A stretch of DNA of 64,000 nucleotides, taken from the NCBI GenBank assembly GCA_035278885.1, contig DATEIR010000120.1, positions 8,156 through 72,155 on the forward strand, given 5' to 3'. Below the pieces are notes generated by a model that made no database searches, had not been told where the DNA came from, and saw only the letters and a list, made by a program, of their open reading frames with translations. This stretch comes from Gemmatimonadales bacterium. GTDB lineage: Bacteria; Gemmatimonadota; Gemmatimonadetes; Gemmatimonadales; GWC2-71-9. Position numbers and translations under genes: made by a program. Below, piece after piece: positions 57,864-64,000 of this stretch (position 1 is the first letter of the stretch; every line of letters begins with the position of its first letter).

Positions 57864-58231
57864 CGCTCCGGATTCACCTCGCGATCGGCAGCCCGGAGCT
57901 GCGCCGGCGGGTCGCCGCACTGCTTCGGGCCGATGCCGAGGTCCTGCTCGTGGCCGAGCCTGAGCGGGCCGAGCTCGTGGTGGGCGAAGGCCCGGATACC
58001 GGGGTGGCCGAGCTCGCCGGGACCATGATCTTGCCGGCCCTGACGTCGCGGGAGACCGACGTTCTCCGTCTCATGGCGCAGGGCCTGGGCAACAAATCCA
58101 TCGCGCGCGAGCTCGGCATCTCGAGCCACACCGCCAAGTACCACGTGGCGGCCGTGCTGGCGAAGCTGGGTGTGCACACCCGGGCCGAGGCGGTGAGCCG
58201 GGGCATCCGGCGCGGGCTGGTACCGCTCTAG
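57860..58231 (+). CDS. LuxR-family HTH regulator with short degenerate N-terminal domain
   Basis: GTGA overlap with the upstream gene. LTSRETDVLRLMAQGLGNKSIARELGISSHTAKYHVAAVLAKLG. Confidence 0.8.
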   Translation: MTLRIHLAIGSPELRRRVAALLRADAEVLLVAEPERAELVVGEGPDTGVAELAGTMILPALTSRETDVLRLMAQGLGNKSIARELGISSHTAKYHVAAVLAKLGVHTRAEAVSRGIRRGLVPL

Positions 58232-58325
58232 CCGCCGGGACCAACCCGACTAGCCTTCCCGGAGGGGGGCGAAACCCCCGGCGCCCGCCTCTCGTCGGGC
58301 GCCCATCTTCAGCGCGGACCCGAAA

Positions 58326-59864
58326 ATGCCGTTCCTCCGGACCCTTGCCTTTCTCATCGCCCTCGCCCCGGCCGAGGCGCGCGCCGCCCCGCCGGTGCTC
58401 ACCTACGCCGTCGACCTCGACCACCGGGCGGACGACCAGTTCCGGGTAACGCTCGCGGTCTCGGGACTCACATCGGCGAACGCGATCTACCAGTTCGCCT
58501 CGACCGCGCCGGGGACTTACCAGGTCATGGATATCGGCCGCTACGTGCGCGACTTCGAGACGCTCGACGCCGCGGGCAAGCCGGTGCCCAGCCAGCGGGT
58601 CTCGGTCAACCAGTGGCGGCTATCCGACCCGGCGCGGGTGCGGACCATTCGCTATCGCATCGCCGAGACGTGGGACACGCCCGTCACCGAGCACCAGATA
58701 TATCTGATGTGCGGCACCTCGCTTGAGGCCGATCATGCCCTGATCAACTTTCAGGCGGTCATCGGTTATCCGACCGGCATGCAGGCCACGCCGGTGCATG
58801 TCCGGCTCACGTATCCCCACGACTGGAAGGTCGGCACCTCGCTGGCCCGAAACAGCGCGGGCGAGTACGTGGCGGCGAGCTACGACCAGCTGGTGGACTC
58901 CCCGGTTCTGCTCGGCAGGCTGAGTGAGGCCCACACCACGGTTACCGGCGTCCCGGTGGCGATCTACACCTACTCCAAGACCGACCAGGTCACCTCGACC
59001 CAGCTGCTCGGCGCCATGAACGGGATGCTGCAGGCGGCCGGGCGCTTCCTCGGCAAGCTGCCGGTGGACCGGTACACGTTTCTCTACCATTTCGAGGACA
59101 AGGGCGCGGGGGCCTGGGAGCATTCGTTCAGCTCCGAGTACGTGCTGCCGGAATCGCGCTACACCGACTCGGTGGGACGGCAGGTCACCGACATCGCCGC
59201 CCACGAATTCTTTCACGTGGTGACCCCGCTCAACATCCACAGCGAGATCATCGGGCATTTCAACTTCGTGACCCCGGTACCCTCCCAGCATCTCTGGCTG
59301 TACGAGGGCACCACCGAGTGGGCCGCGCAGAAGATGCAGCTCGAGGGCGGGCTCAAGACGCCGGAGCAGTACCTGCAGACGGTCATCACCAAGATGCGGG
59401 TCGATCGGGCGGCCTTCGACACCAGCTACAGCCTGCGGGAGCTGGCGGTCACTTCCTACAGCGACTCGGGGCAGAAGCAGTACGCCAACATCTATCAGCG
59501 GGGCGCGGTGACGGCGGGATTGCTCGATCTCCGACTGCTCGACCTGTCGGAGGGACGGCAGGGCCTGCGGGACCTGATCCTGGAGCTGACGCACAAGTAC
59601 GGCAAACGTCGCGCCTTTCCCGAGGCCACCTTCGTGGACACGCTGGTGGCGATGACGCACCCCGAGATCCGCGACTTCTTCGATCGCTACGTCTGGGGTG
59701 CGGAGCGCCTGCCGGTCTCGGAGTACTACGAGAAGCTGGGGATCCACCTGGTGAGCGACTCGCTGGGGCGCCCCGATCACTTCGTGATCGATCCCCATCC
59801 GACGCCGCGCCAGACCCTCCTGCGCGACGCGTGGCTGGGCCGGGGACCGCGCGAGGCGAGCTGA
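58326..59864 (+). CDS. Secreted MA-clan zinc metallopeptidase (M1/M61-like)
   Basis: Signal peptide. HEFFH zinc motif followed by LWLYEGTTEW (third-ligand Glu). Confidence 0.75.
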   Translation: MPFLRTLAFLIALAPAEARAAPPVLTYAVDLDHRADDQFRVTLAVSGLTSANAIYQFASTAPGTYQVMDIGRYVRDFETLDAAGKPVPSQRVSVNQWRLSDPARVRTIRYRIAETWDTPVTEHQIYLMCGTSLEADHALINFQAVIGYPTGMQATPVHVRLTYPHDWKVGTSLARNSAGEYVAASYDQLVDSPVLLGRLSEAHTTVTGVPVAIYTYSKTDQVTSTQLLGAMNGMLQAAGRFLGKLPVDRYTFLYHFEDKGAGAWEHSFSSEYVLPESRYTDSVGRQVTDIAAHEFFHVVTPLNIHSEIIGHFNFVTPVPSQHLWLYEGTTEWAAQKMQLEGGLKTPEQYLQTVITKMRVDRAAFDTSYSLRELAVTSYSDSGQKQYANIYQRGAVTAGLLDLRLLDLSEGRQGLRDLILELTHKYGKRRAFPEATFVDTLVAMTHPEIRDFFDRYVWGAERLPVSEYYEKLGIHLVSDSLGRPDHFVIDPHPTPRQTLLRDAWLGRGPREAS

Positions 59865-60725
59865 TCAGCCGCCGCCGATCACGATCAGCACGATGGCCGC
59901 GAGCGCGCAGCCGACGCCGCCGAGCTGCCGGGCATTGAGCCGCTCGCCCAGGAGCACGCGGGCGAGGAGCACGGTGCTGGCGGGATAGAGCGACGAGAGC
60001 GTCACCACCAGGCTGAGCTGGCCTTCACGCGCCGCGAGGAGGTAGGCCGCGTTGGCCAGCATGTCCACCATCCCTCCGCCGAGCGCGAGCGTGAGCGCCG
60101 GCCTCGGCATCGTCAGCGGCATCCCTCGGCCCACGGCCGCAATCGCGAACAGCGTGACCGACGTGAGCCTCGCCGCCAGGATCGGCCACATGCCGGCTTC
60201 GGACGCGGTCCGCGCCAGGCTCAGGAAGAAGAGGCCGATCAGGACGCCGGAGACCAGCGCCATGCCGACGCCGACGGGCAGCCCGCCCGCGCCACGCTGC
60301 GCCGGCTCCGACGCCGTGTCGGTCTGCTGACTCACCAGCACGATGGCCCCGATACCGACCACGATCCCCAGCACCGCCAGTCCGCCCGGCCGCTCACCCA
60401 GGATCATGGCCGCAACCACCGGAATCACCACGGCGCACACCGCGGTGGTCGGGGCCACCACGGCCATCCGCCCGATGGCCAGGGCCCGGTAGAGCAGGGC
60501 CACCCCGCCGCCACCGGTGAGGCCCGCCGCCACGCCCCAGAGCAGGTCGGCGCGGGAAGGCGAGGAGCCGGGAAGGAGTGGGAGGAGTACGGCCAGGAGC
60601 ACCAGCCCGCTGAGCTGGCTGTAGATGACCACCGGGATGGTCGCCGCTCGGCGGGTGGCGAGGCCACCGGTGAAATCCGCTGCACCATACATCAGGGCGG
60701 ACGCGAGCGCGAGAATGTAAGCCAT
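59865..60725 (-). CDS. EamA/DMT-family transporter
   Basis: About 10 hydrophobic helices in two EamA-like halves. Its stop abuts the peptidase stop (TGATCA). Confidence 0.8.
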   Translation of the reverse strand: MAYILALASALMYGAADFTGGLATRRAATIPVVIYSQLSGLVLLAVLLPLLPGSSPSRADLLWGVAAGLTGGGGVALLYRALAIGRMAVVAPTTAVCAVVIPVVAAMILGERPGGLAVLGIVVGIGAIVLVSQQTDTASEPAQRGAGGLPVGVGMALVSGVLIGLFFLSLARTASEAGMWPILAARLTSVTLFAIAAVGRGMPLTMPRPALTLALGGGMVDMLANAAYLLAAREGQLSLVVTLSSLYPASTVLLARVLLGERLNARQLGGVGCALAAIVLIVIGGG

Positions 60726-60814
60726 CTCACAAGGTATCCAGCGTGGTCGACGGGGTCTATCGGACCGCTTCGGCGGCGCGTATAGTCAACAGACCTATCG
60801 TGGAGGAGGGTTGT

Positions 60815-61171
60815 ATGTCTCGCTCACTGTGGCTCACGCTTCCCCTGCTGCTCGTAGGTGCCCCGCTCTCGGCTCAGGCGACGGCATCGGAGCCGGTCAC
60901 CTGCCTGAGTCCGTGCGATCGGGTGCCGCGTCCCGTGGGGCAGTACGTGCATAGCGTGGAGCTGGGTGGCCGGTATGTGACGCTGGAGGATGGGTCGGTC
61001 TGGGAGGTCGAGTACTCGGATCGCGCGACCGTGGCAGCATGGACGGCCGACGATTTCGTGCGGATCAGTTTCATCAGCGCCCCGCGCGAGGATTTCGAGT
61101 ACCTCCTGACCCGCGGCGGCGATCACGACCAGCAGGCCGCTGTCCGGCTGCACGGCCGCGCCCGCAGTTAG
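60815..61171 (+). CDS. Small secreted hypothetical protein
   Basis: ATG 60815. Signal peptide MSRSLWLTLPLLLVGAPLSAQA. Confidence 0.5.
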   Translation: MSRSLWLTLPLLLVGAPLSAQATASEPVTCLSPCDRVPRPVGQYVHSVELGGRYVTLEDGSVWEVEYSDRATVAAWTADDFVRISFISAPREDFEYLLTRGGDHDQQAAVRLHGRARS

Positions 61172-61254
61172 TCTGATGTAGTCCGAGCCCGATGCGCCCG
61201 CCGCGAGGCTGGGAGCGTCGGCACACCCGCCGAAGTGCAAACCGTTGCAGTCGA

Positions 61255-62052
61255 CTAGGAGTAGTACCGCCTGAGATATTCCGCGACGCCGTCCAGGTCG
61301 GGGAAGAGCCGGCGCTCGTCCACGCTCACCAGGTCGAGCTGGTCCCGCACCCGCGACACGGCGTCCGCGGGAATGACGTACCGGGTGAGTGCCGAGTCGA
61401 GCTCGTGTCGCTCGAGAAAACGGTCGAACGACTCTCGCTTGTGGGAGCAGAGAGTGAATGTCGCCGACTGGGCGGTGATCCGGGCATCCAGCGACGGCGG
61501 CTCGATCATGCAGGCGAAGTGACGATGCTCGAAGGCGCGGCCGAACAACGTCCAGGGGGTGAACGGATGCTCCGGGCCGAAGACCTGGCGCAGGTCCTCG
61601 ATCTGAAGCACGAGCTCCGGCACCTCGAAGCGGCGATGGAGCGCCTTCCAGTCGAGCTGCCACACCGCGCGATCCACGCCCGGCGAGCCGTGGATCGTCG
61701 CGAAGTGCGCCGCGACGAGCGGCGAGTAGGTCCAGTCCAGAAGACGGGTCGGGGCGCCGTGATGCTGGGCCGACACCAGGACCTCCCACTCGTCCACCGG
61801 CGTGGTGCCGAGGTACGGCCGGGCGTAGCGGACGAAGTTCCGGAGGATGTGCTCTTCCAGGTCGGCCTTGGTGTGCGGCGGGTTGACGCCGCCGAGGGTA
61901 TCCAGGCTGGTGTACAATGGCCACGAGGCGTCCGCGGCGCCGCGATACACCACCTTGCTCCGGCGGCGCCCGGTCACCCGGTCGGGATCGGATGGGGTGA
62001 CCTGCGCGATCAGCTCGCTCAGGCTGGAGACGACGACGGTCCGGACGCTCAT
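61255..62052 (-). CDS. FRG-domain protein
   Basis: ATG 62052. VVYRGAADASWPLYTSL (F/Y-R-G motif) and QHHGAPTRLLDWTYSPLVAAHFA are typical of the FRG domain. Confidence 0.7.
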   Translation of the reverse strand: MSVRTVVVSSLSELIAQVTPSDPDRVTGRRRSKVVYRGAADASWPLYTSLDTLGGVNPPHTKADLEEHILRNFVRYARPYLGTTPVDEWEVLVSAQHHGAPTRLLDWTYSPLVAAHFATIHGSPGVDRAVWQLDWKALHRRFEVPELVLQIEDLRQVFGPEHPFTPWTLFGRAFEHRHFACMIEPPSLDARITAQSATFTLCSHKRESFDRFLERHELDSALTRYVIPADAVSRVRDQLDLVSVDERRLFPDLDGVAEYLRRYYS

Positions 62053-62173
62053 GTCCCTGCCTCTGTGTGACCTGCGACCTAGCCCCCCGGCCTTGGGAGG
62101 TGGATTGTGTGCTGCCTGACCCGAGCCACGCAGGTTCGGGGGCCTTGGTACCATACCTGACGCGGCGGTAACG

Positions 62174-62413
62174 ATGCCCAGACGAGAGGCCCGACTACGA
62201 CCCGAGTGGGGGGATCTCTACCCTGGCGTCGAGGCCGGGATCTGGCATGTCGCCGCGGAGCTGGTGCCGCACGTCCTGCGGCACCGGCTGCAGGGACGCC
62301 CCACCTGGGAATTTACCCGCAGGATTCTGCTGGATGAGCATTTCGAGTTCCGGGGCGGACACCCCAGGGACTCATCCTGGTCCGGGATTCTGACCCGGGT
62401 CGAGGATGGGTGA
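62174..62413 (+). CDS. Small conserved hypothetical protein, paralog of 43848..44105
   Basis: ATG 62174. REARLRPEWGDLYPGVEAGIW ... DEHFEFRGGH. Confidence 0.6.
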   Translation: MPRREARLRPEWGDLYPGVEAGIWHVAAELVPHVLRHRLQGRPTWEFTRRILLDEHFEFRGGHPRDSSWSGILTRVEDG

Positions 62414-62422
62414 GCGGGCGGA

Positions 62423-62755
62423 CTACTTGGCCCCGGCTCGGGCGAGCGCGGTGAGGTGGGCGAGCACCAGGGCGAGCCCGGTGCCTTCGAGCACGAGATA
62501 ACCCAGAGGACAGAGCAGCGCGGCCATCGGGTGGGTTGTGTGGAGCGCGGGGGCGGCGGTGAGGGACCACACCACCAGCACCAGCACCACGCGCAGCGCC
62601 ACCGCGGTCCATGCGCCGCGACGGGCCTCGGTGAGGCGATCGCTCACGCTGACCCGCGGGTGGATCCGGCGGCGGTCCCGGCCTCGATATGATCCGTACC
62701 GACCGTGGCCTTCGTCGACCAGTTCGAACGGCGTGCGGTCGGCTGGTACGGGCAT
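62423..62755 (-). CDS. Small membrane protein, DUF2892 (YgaP-TM)-like
   Basis: ATG 62755. Two TM segments with a LLCPLGYL motif. The upstream part of track ORF 62423..63016 is not convincing. Confidence 0.45.
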   Translation of the reverse strand: MPVPADRTPFELVDEGHGRYGSYRGRDRRRIHPRVSVSDRLTEARRGAWTAVALRVVLVLVVWSLTAAPALHTTHPMAALLCPLGYLVLEGTGLALVLAHLTALARAGAK

Positions 62756-62842
62756 CGGATCATCTCTCGGGGTAGCGTGAAGGGATGATGTACGCCCGCC
62801 ATCGGGATCGCGCAAGAGTGCCGCTGCCGCGATCTTTCGACC

Positions 62843-63745
62843 ATGCCGCCGGTAACGCTCGGAGCCCTCGCGGCTCGACTTCCTCGCACTCCCCTGACGC
62901 GCTTCGCTCCCAGTCCGACGGGCTACCTTCACCTCGGCCACGTCGTGAACGCCATCTGGGTGTGGGGCCTCGCTCGCGCGCTCGAGGGCCGGGTGCTCCT
63001 GCGCCTCGAGGATCACGATCGCGGCCGCTGCCGGTCAGACTACGAGGCCGCGCTGCTCGAGGATCTCGACTGGCTGGGACTGGCGCCCGACCTGGGCCCC
63101 ACCCGGCAGCGGGACGCGACGGCGGTGTACCTGGACACCCTCGCGGCACTCGAGCGGCGGGGCCTGGTCTACGCGTGCGACTGTTCCCGCCGGGACATCT
63201 CGCGCGAGGGCGGCGACGTGCCGCACCTGGAGACCCGGTATCCCGGACGGTGTCGCGACCGCGGGCTGCCCTCCGGAGAGGGCCGAGGCCAGCGGCTCCG
63301 GCTCGCGGACACGGTCGAGCGATTCACCGACGAGCTGCTCGGCCCGCAGGAGCAGGTGCCCGCGCTCCAGTGCGGCGATCCGCTCCTGCGGGATCGCCAC
63401 GGCAACTGGACCTATCAGTTCGCGGTGGTGGTGGACGACCTTCGGCAGGGGGTGGATCTGGTCGTGCGCGGGGCCGACCTGGTCGGCTCGACCGGGCGTC
63501 AGATCGCGCTCGGGCGGCTGCTCGGACGGGACGATCCGCCGGTCTATCTGCATCACCCGCTGCTCCGGCGTCCCGACGGCGCCAAGCTGAGCAAGGCCGC
63601 CGGGGACACCGGCATCCGCGAGCTACGCGCGGCCGGCGTCTCCGCGCCCGCGGTCCTGGGCCGGGCAGCCGAAGCGGCCGGGCTTACCACGGACGCCCGG
63701 CCGCTTCCCGCCGACGAGCTGGCTCGGCTGTTTACCGGGGCGTAG
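62843..63745 (+). CDS. gluQ: Glutamyl-Q tRNA(Asp) synthetase
   Basis: RFAPSPTGYLHLGH (HIGH-like), WTYQFAVVVDD, KLSKA. About 300 aa, i.e. a truncated GluRS paralog. Confidence 0.85.
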   Translation: MPPVTLGALAARLPRTPLTRFAPSPTGYLHLGHVVNAIWVWGLARALEGRVLLRLEDHDRGRCRSDYEAALLEDLDWLGLAPDLGPTRQRDATAVYLDTLAALERRGLVYACDCSRRDISREGGDVPHLETRYPGRCRDRGLPSGEGRGQRLRLADTVERFTDELLGPQEQVPALQCGDPLLRDRHGNWTYQFAVVVDDLRQGVDLVVRGADLVGSTGRQIALGRLLGRDDPPVYLHHPLLRRPDGAKLSKAAGDTGIRELRAAGVSAPAVLGRAAEAAGLTTDARPLPADELARLFTGA

Positions 63746-63747
63746 TC

Positions 63748-64000
63748 TCAGCTTCCCCGGCCGCGGAACAGACCGGCCCGGATGCGGGCGGCCTTGGGCG
63801 ACGCGTTGGGGTCGGACTCGAGGTGCTCCTCGGTGTGATCGACCAGCCGGATCTTGCCGTTGAGCGTGAGGGTGTCCCTCCCCCGCAGCACCTTGATTCG
63901 CAGGGTGTCCCCCTCGCTCCGTCCGAAGCTCTTCCGGAACGCGTCGTTGAACGTCGAGTCGTTGATCGCCACGTCGCCCAGTGAGATCAGCCGGTCGCCT
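63748..64000 (-). CDS. C-terminal PDZ-containing fragment of a peptidase-like protein (gene starts beyond the right edge)
   Basis: The reading frame stays open upstream of the track start: ...GDRLISLGDVAINDSTFNDAFRKSFGRSEGDTLRIKVLRGRDTLTLNG is PDZ-like. Confidence 0.6.
   Translation of the reverse strand, partial: GDRLISLGDVAINDSTFNDAFRKSFGRSEGDTLRIKVLRGRDTLTLNGKIRLVDHTEEHLESDPNASPKAARIRAGLFRGRGS

Noticed and set aside
62785-63984. 399-aa Arg-rich ORF (+) overlapping gluQ and the right-edge PDZ gene
   Set aside because: It is a low-complexity Arg/Pro/Gly translation. gluQ (62843..63745), in another frame, has clear class-I synthetase motifs.

Overview
High-G+C (judged by eye, not computed), very gene-dense bacterial chromosomal segment. 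I call about 75 protein-coding genes, one tRNA-Cys(GCA) and one candidate large non-coding RNA. I saw no rRNA, CRISPR array, transposase, integrase or obvious prophage. Most long ORFs in the six-frame track that lie antisense to, or out of frame with, the calls below are high-GC shadow ORFs. Housekeeping and transport content: potABCD-like polyamine ABC transporter, RND efflux pump with OMF and MFP, bcp, lepB, cold-shock protein, ogt, glnA, gluQ, a YhaM-like RNase, an MqnD-like gene, a glycogen-debranching-like enzyme with a GT4 glycosyltransferase, an Omp85-family protein, PAP2, and HAD. The window is unusually rich in signal-transduction genes: a histidine kinase/NarL pair, a Ser/Thr kinase, an MCP coupled to a binding protein, many receiver-domain proteins, HD-GYP, AraC, LuxR and MerR-like regulators. 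Many adjacent genes are translationally coupled through 1-4 nt start/stop overlaps. Items most worth follow-up: (1) a terminated, lower-GC non-coding locus of about 0.4 kb at 26.6-27.0 kb with long-range complementarity that matches no RNA class I can recognise; (2) a small-protein family present twice (43848..44105 and 62174..62413), each copy divergently paired with a different partner, one of them an FRG-domain protein; (3) an operon of a catalytically dead HtrA-like PDZ protein, an intact PDZ-less protease and a LuxR regulator; (4) a five-gene coupled operon from a pseudo-receiver AraC regulator to LemA and an M48 protease; (5) a UdgX-type covalent uracil-DNA glycosylase coupled to a YHS protein; (6) a stand-alone CheA-P1-like Hpt domain whose acceptor His is Asp; (7) a small lower-GC gene cluster abutting tRNA-Cys. 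All domain calls come from motif recognition by eye. No database search was run.
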